A stretch of 64,000 nt of DNA, taken from assembly GCA_902580535.1 (NCBI GenBank), contig CACHKZ010000001.1:10498-74497 (forward strand), in the 5' to 3' direction. Position 1 is the stretch's first letter, and each line of letters begins with the position of its first letter. A model generated the notes under the pieces. The model was given only the letters and a program-made list of their open reading frames with translations. It did not search any database and was not told where the DNA came from. Below, one piece after another: positions 50,285 to 61,372 of this stretch. The translations under genes and the position numbers were made by a program. The DNA is from an uncultured Pelagibacteraceae bacterium (GTDB taxonomy: Bacteria; Pseudomonadota; Alphaproteobacteria; Pelagibacterales; Pelagibacteraceae).

Positions 50285-50680
50285 ATGAAGCTAACTATAC
50301 CTTACTATTTACATAAAGCTGGTGCGGGTTTTCCGTCACCTGCCACAGACTATATTGAAGAAGATATCGATTTAAATGTTCATTTAATCAAAAATGTTCC
50401 AGCAACTTTCATCATAAGAGTTCAGGGAAAATCAATGATGGATGTGGGAATTAATGATGGCGATCTATTAGTTGTTGATAAGAGTTTAACACCAAAAAAT
50501 TTCTCAACAGTTATTGCAAATGTTCATGATGAACTAGTTGTTAAAAGTTTAGTTCAAGAAAGAGATAAAAAATTTTTAACATCAGGTTCTAAAGAATTTG
50601 CAGATCGAATTTTAATTAATGAAGATGAAGATATATTTATTTGGGGGGTTGTAACTTATGTCATCCATTCAGTATACTAA
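50285..50680 (+). CDS. umuD: UmuD-like peptidase S24 (DNA polymerase V subunit)
   Basis: AGFPSPA cleavage site, G.SM, GDLLVVD, VK, IWGVVT. Confidence 0.92.
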   Translation: MKLTIPYYLHKAGAGFPSPATDYIEEDIDLNVHLIKNVPATFIIRVQGKSMMDVGINDGDLLVVDKSLTPKNFSTVIANVHDELVVKSLVQERDKKFLTSGSKEFADRILINEDEDIFIWGVVTYVIHSVY

Positions 50681-51935
50681 AAAAATAGCACTTATCGATT
50701 GTAACTCTTTTTATGTTTCTTGTGAAAGATTATTTAATCCTAAGATAAGAAAAAAACCTGTTGTCGTTTTATCTAATAATGATGGTTGTATAATTTCAAG
50801 ATCAACTGAAGCAAAAGCTTTAGGTATTAAAATGGGAGAGCCTTACTTTAAAGCAAAAGATATTATTATTAAAAATAAAGTAAATGTTTTTTCATCTAAT
50901 TATTCTTTGTATGGAGATTTATCTAGAAGAGTAATGAGAACATTAAAAAGATTTAACTCTGCCATCGAAGTATATTCTATCGATGAAGCATTTCTAGATT
51001 TATCAAATTTTTCAGATGATGAAGTTGAAAAGGTTGGAAGGGAAATCAGAGAAACAGTTTTAAAGTGGACAGGTATTCCAACTAGTATTGGTATTGCCAA
51101 AACAAAAACTTTAAGCAAAGTTGCAAATCATATTGCAAAGAAAAAAAAGTCAGGTGTAACAAGTTTGATAGGAATTGAAAATATTGATCCTATATTAGAA
51201 AAAGTTGATATTAACGATGTCTGGGGTGTGGGAAGACAGTTAACAAAATTTTATCATAAAAATGGAATTTATAATGCAAAACAACTAAAGAATAAGTCAA
51301 ACACATGGATAAAGAAAAACTCTAATGTTTTGGGTTCAAGAACTGCAATGGAGTTAAGAGGAGTTCCTTGTATTGATTTAGAGACAACACAAACAAAAAG
51401 AAAAAGTTGCGTAGTATCTCGTTCTTTTGGTCAAAGAATTGAAAAATACCAAGAATTAAAAGAAGCAGTTGCAAGTTATTGTTTGAATGCATCTGAAAAA
51501 ATTAGATCTGAGTCTTTAATAGCAAAATCAATTACTGTTTTTGTCAGAACAAGTCCTTTCCAAAGTAGATTTGGATATTATTCAAACTCAAAGACTATAG
51601 ATTTTGCAATTTCAACAAATAATAGTATTGAAATAGTTAAAACTGCTTTAGTTGCTTTAGACTCTATCTTTAAAAATGGTTACCGTTATCAAAAAGCAGG
51701 TGTGATGCTTACTGGTTTATCCAATGAAGATGGTAGTAAGAACCTATTTTCTTGTGAAAAAGATGAGAAAATAAAGGGTTTAATGAGGTCTATTGATAAT
51801 ACTAACTATCGATATGGAAGATCTACTTTAAGTCTTGCTAGTGCTGGTGTTCAAAAAAGATGGAACATGAGAAGAGAACATTCTTCTAAAATAGATACAG
51901 CTGATTTCTATTTACTACCAACGATTAGAGCCTAG
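50658..51935 (+). CDS. umuC: Y-family DNA polymerase V catalytic subunit
   Basis: [44 protein letters not shown]. Confidence 0.95.
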   Translation: MSSIQYTKKIALIDCNSFYVSCERLFNPKIRKKPVVVLSNNDGCIISRSTEAKALGIKMGEPYFKAKDIIIKNKVNVFSSNYSLYGDLSRRVMRTLKRFNSAIEVYSIDEAFLDLSNFSDDEVEKVGREIRETVLKWTGIPTSIGIAKTKTLSKVANHIAKKKKSGVTSLIGIENIDPILEKVDINDVWGVGRQLTKFYHKNGIYNAKQLKNKSNTWIKKNSNVLGSRTAMELRGVPCIDLETTQTKRKSCVVSRSFGQRIEKYQELKEAVASYCLNASEKIRSESLIAKSITVFVRTSPFQSRFGYYSNSKTIDFAISTNNSIEIVKTALVALDSIFKNGYRYQKAGVMLTGLSNEDGSKNLFSCEKDEKIKGLMRSIDNTNYRYGRSTLSLASAGVQKRWNMRREHSSKIDTADFYLLPTIRA

Positions 51936-51963
51936 TAAAAAAATAATAAAAATTTTTTTATCA

Positions 51964-52977
51964 TTAAAAAGGTCTTGGGTTTTTTGGATAACCTAAATTT
52001 TTACAAGTTGCAGATTGTGTATCAGTTTTACACAATACAACAACCCTAACCCCTTTAAGTTGAGATTGATCTGACAGTTGGTTTATAATTTCATTGCATC
52101 CACTCCAGAGATCTTCACAATTATCAGCTTTACCAACGTTAGAATATCTAATTTTAAGATCTGGAACTTCTAAACCCTCATTGGTTGCCTGATGCATATG
52201 GTGTCTGTATGGTCCAAATTTAAATCTAACACTTGACGCCCCTGCTAAAGTATCCCCGAAATAACTAGATCTTAAAGTGCCATCAATCCATAAATGCATA
52301 AAACCTTTTTCAGCCCACTTAATATTTAATAAAATATTAACCCACTTACCTTTTAATGGAGAAAAGTTAGGATCAAGATTAACAACATAGTGTTCTGGAT
52401 AAAAGTATTCAGCACCCATTTCATTTTTATAAGCTGTATAATTTGGAGAGTTAAAGTTCCATGTAAATCTATTATTTACAATGTTAAACGCTCCATCATG
52501 GGTTTTTTCTCCTTTACCGTAAAGTTTTTTAAAATCAAATAAAGATATTGTATGCTTGTCAGTTCTTATATCCACTGGAACGAAATAACCAACCCTATAC
52601 CATTTTGTTTTATTTTTTTTTGTAGTTTCTTTATAAGGTTCCATGATTTGAAATCTTTGAGCATGACCCTCAATGCCAAATCTTTTCCAATCGAGTTTAT
52701 GACCTTTATATGAATACTTTAAATCGAATTCTATTCCTTTTTCAGCAACACCAAGTCTATCCTCAAGCTTGTCAAAAAATTTATAAATATTTGGATTTTT
52801 AATATTTCTTAAAGTAAAAACCATTTTATTATCTGATTGAGCTTTCAGTACATAATGAGCAAAGTCCTTTTTCTCTTTTTTCTTCATATTGATATGCTTC
52901 TTTTCAGCATACGAATAAGACGAAACTAAAAATATTATTGATATTAAAGATAATAAAATTATAAAAATTTTATTCAT
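51964..52977 (-). CDS. Secreted hypothetical protein, polysaccharide-lyase-like jelly-roll
   Basis: Signal peptide; GKWVNILLNIKW..KGFMHLWIDG and FKFGPYR resemble heparin-lyase-I/Polysacc_lyase C-termini. Confidence 0.55.
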   Translation of the reverse strand: MNKIFIILLSLISIIFLVSSYSYAEKKHINMKKKEKKDFAHYVLKAQSDNKMVFTLRNIKNPNIYKFFDKLEDRLGVAEKGIEFDLKYSYKGHKLDWKRFGIEGHAQRFQIMEPYKETTKKNKTKWYRVGYFVPVDIRTDKHTISLFDFKKLYGKGEKTHDGAFNIVNNRFTWNFNSPNYTAYKNEMGAEYFYPEHYVVNLDPNFSPLKGKWVNILLNIKWAEKGFMHLWIDGTLRSSYFGDTLAGASSVRFKFGPYRHHMHQATNEGLEVPDLKIRYSNVGKADNCEDLWSGCNEIINQLSDQSQLKGVRVVVLCKTDTQSATCKNLGYPKNPRPF

Positions 52978-54125
52978 TAGCCTTTAAAAAGCTTATCAGA
53001 TAAATTTTGTAGGTCTTCACCCCAGAAAACTTTGTCTTTAATTGTATTAAAATCAATATCAAAGACAGTAGACATAGCAGATGCATATACAGATCTTGCA
53101 TCAATTGTAGAATTTAAATCTCTTCCTTGAAACAGCTCTTTACTTTTTAAACCAGGCCAATCGGTATAAACTTGATTATTTTTAAGCAAACCACCTCCCA
53201 TAAATATAGCAGATCCATATCCGTGTTCAGTTCCTAAACCACTATTTTGTTTAATTGTTCTACCAAACTCAGTCAGCGTAACAATTAAAGTGTTATCAAA
53301 TTCTTCTTTTAATCTTTTCTTTAAAGTACCAAATACTAGATCCATTTCTTTTAAACAATCTGAATGCGTTCCATGTACACCTCCTTGTGCAGCATGAGTA
53401 TCAAACCCTCCAACTTCAAAAACTGCAACTCTTGGACCATCTGGTTTTTTTAATAAAGTTCCTGCTTCATTAGCTAGAGAGTATAAATCATCTGCAGCAT
53501 ACGATCTTTCTTTAGGTCTAGATTTGATTATTTCTAACATTCCGATAAGCTCATCTTCAGATCTTTCTTTATAAACATCTTTAAGTAATGACAGAACTTT
53601 ATCAGTTGGTAATTTTCCTTTTGTTGGAAAGTAATTATTGTTTTGAGGAACACCTCTTAAAATGAGTGGCATTGGTAACGCTAAAGCTAATCCCTCTTGT
53701 TTTAAACCTGCAACTTTCATTCCTCTTCCTAACCAGCCAGTTTTTACTTTGTAAGGAACTTTGCCACCAGACTCCATTAGATTCTGTCCATCAAAGTGTG
53801 ATCTTTCTGTATAAGGAATATTTGTTGCATGAACTATTGCTCCTTTGCTTTCTTTCCATAAATCATGGAAATTATCTAATACAGGATGTAATGAAAAGTC
53901 AGAGTTTAATTTAATTGTATCATCTAAAATTAATTGTTTCCTTCTTTTTTCAAAATTTTTATCTCCAATAACTGGAACTGCACAAAGAGCGTCCATTCCA
54001 CCTCTTAACATAATAACAACTAGATTTTTTTTAGCTTTTGTTGATGAATAAACTGGAAGACCAGTTCCTGCTAAAAACAATGTTGCCAAAGATCCTTTTA
54101 AAAAACCTCGTCTTGAAATTCTCAT
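52977..54125 (-). CDS. DUF1501 family protein with Tat signal
   Basis: SRRGFLK, LRGGMD, RSHFDGQ, GWLGR, GGFDTH, TEFGRT, GTEHG. Confidence 0.9.
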   Translation of the reverse strand: MRISRRGFLKGSLATLFLAGTGLPVYSSTKAKKNLVVIMLRGGMDALCAVPVIGDKNFEKRRKQLILDDTIKLNSDFSLHPVLDNFHDLWKESKGAIVHATNIPYTERSHFDGQNLMESGGKVPYKVKTGWLGRGMKVAGLKQEGLALALPMPLILRGVPQNNNYFPTKGKLPTDKVLSLLKDVYKERSEDELIGMLEIIKSRPKERSYAADDLYSLANEAGTLLKKPDGPRVAVFEVGGFDTHAAQGGVHGTHSDCLKEMDLVFGTLKKRLKEEFDNTLIVTLTEFGRTIKQNSGLGTEHGYGSAIFMGGGLLKNNQVYTDWPGLKSKELFQGRDLNSTIDARSVYASAMSTVFDIDFNTIKDKVFWGEDLQNLSDKLFKG

Positions 54126-55564
54126 GCTCTTAAAACCTCCGGTAAGTTAAATAACAATATATGCTTATCAATTGTTTTTTCATTTTGATTTAAGATGCTC
54201 ATTATTTTATCAGAATTATCGAAGTTTTTTTCTACTACACTTTTAAAAAATTCATCGTTTTTGTTATCAGGTTTTAAATTAATATAACCTTGTCTAGCAT
54301 ATAAAAGCCTTCTTATTATAAGTTCTGGAGACATCCAATCTTCTGCTAGATCAGAATATCCATTTGGCTGCTGCGAAAGATAAGGATGATGACCCATATC
54401 TTTCATAAATTTATGTGGTTTAGCTTGATAAGGATCAAGACCATAACCTAATAAAAAACTATCAAATTTTTCCTCTTTAGGAGGCCACTTTGCATCTGTC
54501 ATTCTACTCATTTGTAACCACCAATTTTCAGGATTTTGAAATTTTGAATATTCATCGTTGAATCTAAAGGCTACTTCAATAGCAGCTTTGTGTACCTCTG
54601 GTAAATAACCTCCACTTTTTTCCCATGCTTTAACAATTGGATCAGTCATTTCTTTTGTAGGATAATCGGTTATTAGATATCTACATAGTTTGTAAGCTAT
54701 AAATTCCCTGCACGAAGGATGCTCTGATAAAAATTTAATTGCAGCTGGCAAACCTTTTTTACCTTTTGGGAAATTTTGACCCCAAAATATTTTTTTTCCT
54801 GGTTGATGGTACTTTCTCTGGAATTTAATATCTGCAGTTTCAAGCTTAGTCTTATGATATTTATCGTCTGGAGCCCAACCAGTCATGATGTAAGCTAGCT
54901 CAGTTATATTTTCTTGCGTGTATCCAGAATTTGGGGACACTGTATGAAGTTCTAATAATTCTCTTGCATGATTTTCGTTAATTGTGGCTGGTCTTTTTTT
55001 TCTTTTTCTCCATTCTGCTCTAGCATCTTCTGATTTAGGACCAACATTTTCAGCATTATCTAAATGATGGATCATGGCCCAGGCAACAGTTGACTCGTAT
55101 GCCAACTTTTCAAAAGTTTGGTTCATATTAGCTCTTATAGTTTCTCTTTGATATGCTCCAGTTGAGTAATGAGCCAAAAAATCTTTTTCACTTATTGTAA
55201 AATGATTACCCCAAAAATACCAAAGTTTTGCAAGAACTGGGTGACTTCCTGATGTAGCTTCTTTATGTCTAATGGCAATTTCTAGGTTTCTCCAAAACTT
55301 CTGTCCTGTGTCCGCTCTAGCTTTATTTTTTGCAGCCTTATAACCCATTTTATCATTTTTAAATTTTTTTCTTAAAACTTTTCTGTCTTGATAAACATAC
55401 TTATTATAATGTTTTCTTAATTCTTTTTCTGGATAAATTTTTCCTTTAAAGGCAAATTCAGGTATTTGATCTGTAAATTGGCTTTGTGCCCAATTTAAAG
55501 GATCAGATGGTATTTGTTCATCAGGACCTAAACCAAAAGCTACTTTTCTAAAAAAATTTTTCAT
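54122..55564 (-). CDS. DUF1800 family protein
   Basis: FWGNHF, LDN, NENHARELLELHT, PNGY; coupled to DUF1501. Confidence 0.9.
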   Translation of the reverse strand: MKNFFRKVAFGLGPDEQIPSDPLNWAQSQFTDQIPEFAFKGKIYPEKELRKHYNKYVYQDRKVLRKKFKNDKMGYKAAKNKARADTGQKFWRNLEIAIRHKEATSGSHPVLAKLWYFWGNHFTISEKDFLAHYSTGAYQRETIRANMNQTFEKLAYESTVAWAMIHHLDNAENVGPKSEDARAEWRKRKKRPATINENHARELLELHTVSPNSGYTQENITELAYIMTGWAPDDKYHKTKLETADIKFQRKYHQPGKKIFWGQNFPKGKKGLPAAIKFLSEHPSCREFIAYKLCRYLITDYPTKEMTDPIVKAWEKSGGYLPEVHKAAIEVAFRFNDEYSKFQNPENWWLQMSRMTDAKWPPKEEKFDSFLLGYGLDPYQAKPHKFMKDMGHHPYLSQQPNGYSDLAEDWMSPELIIRRLLYARQGYINLKPDNKNDEFFKSVVEKNFDNSDKIMSILNQNEKTIDKHILLFNLPEVLRA

Positions 55565-55578
55565 TTTATCCGATTAGT

Positions 55579-56448
55579 TTATTTCAAATTCTCAATATCC
55601 TCAATGTAGCTTAAAGAATTATTAAATTCAGTCATATTTTCTCTTCCTGAGATTTTTAAAATAACTAGACCAAAAATAATGATTAGCGCTAAAGGTATAG
55701 CTGTAATTACACTTATATAATCAGCAATTATTATTAAATATATTGCATAAAATGCTATCGATCTAAAAATAACACCTGTTTTAAAGACAGCTATTATTGC
55801 TAAAGAATGATTTATCAAATTTATGAAACTCATCTTTGAGGGGCCAAAGTATCTTGAGCCTCTTATTGAGGAAGATTTAATTAAATTATTTTCTGTTTTG
55901 GCTAATGAACCAGAAAAACTACTCCAAGTTGCTTTCTCTTCAATTAATTTCTTAACAGTTTCTTTTGTAAGGCAAGTGAAATTTCCAAATTTTATAAATT
56001 TTCCTGTAAATGCATAAGTAATTATTTTGTGCAAAAAATAACAGATTTTAAAAATTAAACCTTCTGATCTTTTCACTCTTTCTCCAACGATACTTTTTTT
56101 AGGATTATCCTTAATCTTTTCTACAAAGTTTTTTATCTCTTCAGGTCTATCTTCCCCATCACCATCCATAGGTATTACATAATCAAAATCTTCATTTTCT
56201 GAAATATGTTTTAATCCAGCAGCAATGCATCTTGCATGACCTCTGTTATTTCTCATATTAATTAATTTTAGTGATTTAATATTATTTAAATTTTTATTTT
56301 CTAAATTTTTTTCCTCTGTCGATGCATCATTAATTATAATTACTGAAAATGAAACATTTAAATCAGAAATATTTCTATTAATTTCTTCAAGTAATTTTGA
56401 TGTAGATCTAAAGTCATTAAATACTGGAATTAATATTATAATATTCAT
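55579..56448 (-). CDS. Glycosyltransferase family 2 (polyprenol-phosphate glycosyltransferase-like)
   Basis: LIPVFND, INDAST, N.GHARCI, MDGDGEDRP; two C-terminal TM. Confidence 0.88.
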   Translation of the reverse strand: MNIIILIPVFNDFRSTSKLLEEINRNISDLNVSFSVIIINDASTEEKNLENKNLNNIKSLKLINMRNNRGHARCIAAGLKHISENEDFDYVIPMDGDGEDRPEEIKNFVEKIKDNPKKSIVGERVKRSEGLIFKICYFLHKIITYAFTGKFIKFGNFTCLTKETVKKLIEEKATWSSFSGSLAKTENNLIKSSSIRGSRYFGPSKMSFINLINHSLAIIAVFKTGVIFRSIAFYAIYLIIIADYISVITAIPLALIIIFGLVILKISGRENMTEFNNSLSYIEDIENLK

Positions 56449-56573
56449 TAACCTACTGAGCCTATTAATCTGAACAAAGAGGCAAAAAAACCATATCCTG
56501 AAAGTTCTATTAAAGCAATTATTCCAATAATGAAAAAAAGTTTTTTATTTTTTTGGTTTAATTGAAATTTCAT
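56448..56573 (-). CDS. Small membrane protein (41 aa)
   Basis: MKFQLNQKNKKLFFIIGIIALIELSGYGFFASLFRLIGSVG; ATGA overlap upstream and TAATG overlap downstream. Confidence 0.6.
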   Translation of the reverse strand: MKFQLNQKNKKLFFIIGIIALIELSGYGFFASLFRLIGSVG

Positions 56574-57865
56574 TTATATTTTACACACTCCATGTCTCTA
56601 TTACACATGTAAATATCCTTTGGATCATAAATCCACTTTGGTCTTTCTGGAAGATGGTAAGATATATTTCCTGCAATCCACTCATTACCCTTAACATATT
56701 CCATTTTTCCAAAATCATTTGCTTCTATTTCGTAGAGATTTTTAGCCTGTTTTGCTAAATTTTTTCCGTTAAAATCAGTTCTTTTGTCAGTTTTTGAAAT
56801 AGAAACATATGCATATAAGATTGGTGAAATAAAAAATAAGATTAAAAAGACAGAAGTAAAAGTTTTCATTTTTTCAAAATTAATTTCAGATTTAAAAATA
56901 TAGATAAATAGCAAACCAAAACTTATATAGAACGGAGTCATCCACATTGTTCTAATTTTTACACCCATAGTAAAAGATGTTAAAATAATAAATAAAATAG
57001 GAATTAAGTTTATTAATAGTAAAAATAATAACTTATCATCATTTAAATTAATATTTATTTTAAATTTATTAATTAAAAAAAATATCATTAAGAAAAATGG
57101 AATCAATATTCCAATTTGTTTTAGTAAAAATATTAATGGATGCTTTAAATGACTTAAAATACTTGCTTCCTCTGATCCAGTTCTCATTAGTCCATAAGTC
57201 ATAGTTATATAATCGTTCTCGGATAGCCAAATAATATGTGGAAATAAAACTATGAAAAAAGGAATTATAGATACCAGACATTTAAAATTTATTTTTTTGT
57301 TATAGATTAGGTAAATTAAAAGTACAGCTATTGCTAAACCTAAATAGACAAATAAATATTTTGAAAGGAAAGCAAATCCTGAAAATAATCCAAGTAAAAA
57401 CCAATCTATGATTTTGTTATTTGTAATTCCTTTCCATAAATAAAACAATGAAAGAGACCAAAAAGGGACAAGACATACATTTACATTGAACTCAGGTGAA
57501 GTGAAGTTATAGAAATAAATACCCTCTAATAATAAAACAGATAGAAAACAATAAATTTTATTTTCGAAAAAATCCTCTGCTAATTTAAAAATAACGAAAA
57601 ATGAAACTACAATACAAATTTGACTTAATAGATAATACGCCCAATCTTGTGGTCCAAATATAAAATAAATTATTTCAGTTAAAAAAGCACTCATAGGAGG
57701 ATGTTTATTAAATCCCCAATCTAGGTTGCTACCCCACGCCAAGGCTTCGATTGTATCTAATGGCAAATTGTGATTTGTAAAAGTTGGAGTCAATGTCCAG
57801 ATTAACAGGTGTGATGTAATAAAAATATAAAATATATTATTTGTATTCTTTTTATAAATGACCAT
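56570..57865 (-). CDS. GT-C membrane glycosyltransferase (ArnT/GT83/GT39-like)
   Basis: D..EALAWG..L.WG..KHPP, LSKY; many TM. Confidence 0.85.
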   Translation of the reverse strand: MVIYKKNTNNIFYIFITSHLLIWTLTPTFTNHNLPLDTIEALAWGSNLDWGFNKHPPMSAFLTEIIYFIFGPQDWAYYLLSQICIVVSFFVIFKLAEDFFENKIYCFLSVLLLEGIYFYNFTSPEFNVNVCLVPFWSLSLFYLWKGITNNKIIDWFLLGLFSGFAFLSKYLFVYLGLAIAVLLIYLIYNKKINFKCLVSIIPFFIVLFPHIIWLSENDYITMTYGLMRTGSEEASILSHLKHPLIFLLKQIGILIPFFLMIFFLINKFKININLNDDKLLFLLLINLIPILFIILTSFTMGVKIRTMWMTPFYISFGLLFIYIFKSEINFEKMKTFTSVFLILFFISPILYAYVSISKTDKRTDFNGKNLAKQAKNLYEIEANDFGKMEYVKGNEWIAGNISYHLPERPKWIYDPKDIYMCNRDMECVKYK

Positions 57866-57944
57866 TTTTATTAATTTATACAATTAATGCATTCTTGACA
57901 CTCAATAAATGATGAATATATTCACCAAATTTATAAAATTGAGT

Positions 57945-58361
57945 ATGGTAAAAATCTCTAAAAAATATATTCCAAAAGAAACTGAAAAATATATGTGTGC
58001 GAAACATCTTGCATATTTTAAACAGAAACTAATGGACTGGAAAAAAGATCTTAAGAGAACAAATAATGAGGCAATATTTAACGCTTCGATGGATGACAAT
58101 AGTGCTTCAGCCGATATTGTTGATCAAGCAAGTTCATATACAGAGAAAAATGTTGAAATGAGAGCAATTAACAGACAAATAAAATTAATTTCAAAAATTG
58201 ATGGAGCTTTGAAAAAAATTCAAGATGGAACATATGGATTTTGTGAGGAAACTGCTGAACCAATTGGTCTTAAAAGATTAATGGCAAGACCAGTTGCAAC
58301 TTTATGTATATCAGCTCAAGAGAAACACGAAAAAGAAGAAAAAGTTTACGCAGATATTTAA
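57945..58361 (+). CDS. dksA: RNA polymerase-binding factor DksA (2-Cys type)
   Basis: D..DQAS..E, KIDGAL, YGFCEET..PIG..RL.ARP.A.LC. Confidence 0.93.
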   Translation: MVKISKKYIPKETEKYMCAKHLAYFKQKLMDWKKDLKRTNNEAIFNASMDDNSASADIVDQASSYTEKNVEMRAINRQIKLISKIDGALKKIQDGTYGFCEETAEPIGLKRLMARPVATLCISAQEKHEKEEKVYADI

Positions 58362-58984
58362 GGATAGTCTATTTCAGCATCTTTGTTTAAAACTTTAAAT
58401 CCTTTTATAACTGCAGGGCGCTTTGCTATCTCAACAAACCATCTTGATAAACTTTTGAAATATACTAATCCGATATCATGTCTTTTATGACGTGCAATCC
58501 AGGACCACGTTGCAATATCCGCAATCGAATATTCTTTTCCAGCTAAATATTCACTTTTAGAAAGTCTTGCTTCTAAATCTTCATATAACTTTCTTGTTAT
58601 TTTAAAATATCTGTCTTCTCCCCATTCACTTTTACCTTGATGATAATAATGAAATTGATGATGTTGACCAATCATTGGACCGATCAAGCCCATTTGTGCC
58701 ATAAGCCATTGATTTATCTCTAATTTATTTTTTTCTGGATAAAGTTTTTTACTTTTTTCAGCTAAATACATCAGTATTGCTCCTGACTCGAATATTGATT
58801 TATTGTTTTCGTGGTCTGTGATCACTGGTATTTTATTAAAAGGACTTATTTTTTTGAATTCAGGCTTATGTTGTTCACCTTCACTTAAATTAACTTTAGT
58901 CACTCTATATTTTAAACCTATCTCCTCTAACATAATACTAATCTTCCAGCCATTAGGGGTATCAGCTGTAAATAGCTCTATCAC
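58358..58984 (-). CDS. Glutathione S-transferase (YfcG/Nu-class-like)
   Basis: TPNGWK, P.NKIP, FESGAIL.YLAEK, YSIADIA. Confidence 0.9.
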   Translation of the reverse strand: MIELFTADTPNGWKISIMLEEIGLKYRVTKVNLSEGEQHKPEFKKISPFNKIPVITDHENNKSIFESGAILMYLAEKSKKLYPEKNKLEINQWLMAQMGLIGPMIGQHHQFHYYHQGKSEWGEDRYFKITRKLYEDLEARLSKSEYLAGKEYSIADIATWSWIARHKRHDIGLVYFKSLSRWFVEIAKRPAVIKGFKVLNKDAEIDYP

Positions 58985-59996
58985 TATTTGACACCCAATC
59001 TATCTTTGATTGTGTTGGATGCTGTTGTAAATTCAAATCTATATTTCTCATTTGGTCTTGCATACTTAAAACAACCTCTTGCAGCCAAAGCTCCTTCATG
59101 GAAACCTGAAAGTATTAATTTAAGTTTTCCTGGATATGTACAGATATCACCAATAGCAAAAATACCTTTTTTATTAGTCTCAAAATTTTCTGTATTAACT
59201 GGAATTACTTTTTTATCTAAATTTAGCCCCCATTCTGCTATTGGCCCAAGTTGCATTATTAAACCAAAGAAACCTAAAACATAGTCAGTCTTCAATATTT
59301 TACTCTCACCATCTTCACTTTTAATTTCTACTTCTTCTAGAGATCCATTACCTTTAACATCTTTAATTGAATATTTAGTAAATAAATTGATAACATTCTT
59401 ATCACTAAGTTCTTTAATTTTTTTAACACTTGCATGGGCGCCTCTAAACTCATCTCTTCGATGTATAAGTGAAACCTTCGATGTATTTGATAATTCAATT
59501 GCCCAATCTAAAGCGCTATCTCCGCCCCCAAAAATAGCTACAGATTTGTCTTTAAAAATTGATTTATCTTTAATTGAATATAATACGGACTTACCATCAA
59601 ACTTTTCAGCGTTTTTTGTTGTAAATTTCCTTGGTTCAAATGACCCAACTCCACCTGCTATTACGATATTTGGTGTTCTAAACTCTTTTCCATTAGTTGT
59701 TTTTACTATCCAACTTTCATTTTCTTTTTTAAGATTTTGAACTCTATCATTTAAGTGAAAATTAAAGTTAAAAGGCTCAATTTGTTTTATTAAATTATTA
59801 GTAAGTTCTTCTCCTGTACATTCTGGTACTGCAGGAATATCATAGATTGGTTTATCTGGATAAAGTTCTATGCATTGTCCACCAATTTTATCTAAATTAT
59901 CAACTATCTCACACTTTAGTCCAATTATTCCTAATTGATGAGCACAAAACAATCCTGTTGGACCTGCTCCAACTATGACAACATCTGTTTCAATCA

Positions 59997-59997
<1 letters not shown>
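58984..59997 (-). CDS. Ferredoxin-NADP+ reductase (TrxB-like)
   Basis: GAGPTGL, GGQC.ELYPDKPIYDIP, GGGDSALDWA, HRR, YPGKLKLI. Confidence 0.9.
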
Positions 59998-60373
<376 letters not shown>

Positions 60374-60392
60374 ATATCGTAACTGACTGTTA

Positions 60393-61157
60393 CTATGCTC
60401 TTCTTGTAGAGTTAGAAACCGCGCAAGACCAGATAATTAAACCAAATGCGATTTTATTAACAAAGTCTGCTAAGTTATAGATAACGTTTAATGCGTTAGC
60501 ATCAATTCCGCCTGTTAGGTAACCAAAAATGTAACCTAATGGGTAAATTGCCCAACCTACAGTAACAATCATTCTTAAAGCTCCAAATGCAGTTACTAAA
60601 GCTTTATTTCCAGATTTAGCAGCAACTTTTCCTGCTTCACCTGAAAAGATTTCATAAAGAATGTAAATCCATCCAGCCATACCGATTATGAAACCTAGTG
60701 TAGCGTTAATGAATCCAGCTTCTCCAAGATATCCACCTATTAACATAACTAGTGAACCGATTAAGATTCTCCAGAATATGTTTGTGTCAACTTTTCTTAC
60801 TGCTGAAAGAATTAAGTAAAATTCTACTAGCTGTAGCGGTACAGTAATTAACCAGTCAATGTATCTGTATACAGTTGGAGTATCACCTGTTTCAACCCAT
60901 ACTGCTCTCATATACATATAGTGGATAAATGCTATACCAGTTACTAATCCAGCTACGTTTACTGATTTTCTCCACTGAGAACCGACGTTAGCCTGTTCCA
61001 TAAAGAAAAACGCTGTAGCTGCTAACATACCCATTGAAATTAACCAAAACGAAATACCTACGAAATCGTCTGTAGCTAAAAAGGCTGTTGCCGCGTTAGC
61101 TGCCGTAGTTGCTCCAAAAAGCACTGCCGCTAAAGCTAACATTTTCATTGTCTTCAT
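60393..61157 (-). CDS. Proteorhodopsin, predicted blue-absorbing proton pump
   Basis: YRYIDWLITVPLQLVEF (D-T-E motif, Gln at the tuning site), DFVNK retinal Lys; GAGGGAG RBS before ATG 61157. Confidence 0.97.
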   Translation of the reverse strand: MKTMKMLALAAVLFGATTAANAATAFLATDDFVGISFWLISMGMLAATAFFFMEQANVGSQWRKSVNVAGLVTGIAFIHYMYMRAVWVETGDTPTVYRYIDWLITVPLQLVEFYLILSAVRKVDTNIFWRILIGSLVMLIGGYLGEAGFINATLGFIIGMAGWIYILYEIFSGEAGKVAAKSGNKALVTAFGALRMIVTVGWAIYPLGYIFGYLTGGIDANALNVIYNLADFVNKIAFGLIIWSCAVSNSTRRA

Positions 61158-61188
61158 AAAAAACTCCCTCATAGTTAGTTTTTTTTAT

Positions 61189-61206
61189 TAGTTTAAATTT
61201 AAACTA
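61189..61206. promoter_or_regulatory. Perfect 18-bp palindrome upstream of proteorhodopsin
   Basis: TAGTTTAAA|TTTAAACTA. Confidence 0.4.
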
Positions 61207-61372
61207 CAGACTAATCTAATGATTAGCCTAAAGTTAGGGTTAGATAGCAAAAAAAATTAGTTTATTGAAGAGTTTTTGACCTCTAAAAAGTATTGATTTT
61301 ACTTACTTTGTGAAATTAAATACAACCTGTTACATAAAATCATTATAAAAGTGGGTCAAAAAACAAATCACT

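Noticed and set aside
49247-55564. umuDC region as a prophage or ICE
   Set aside because: No integrase, phage or conjugation genes and no flanking repeats seen; composition looks like the rest of the window
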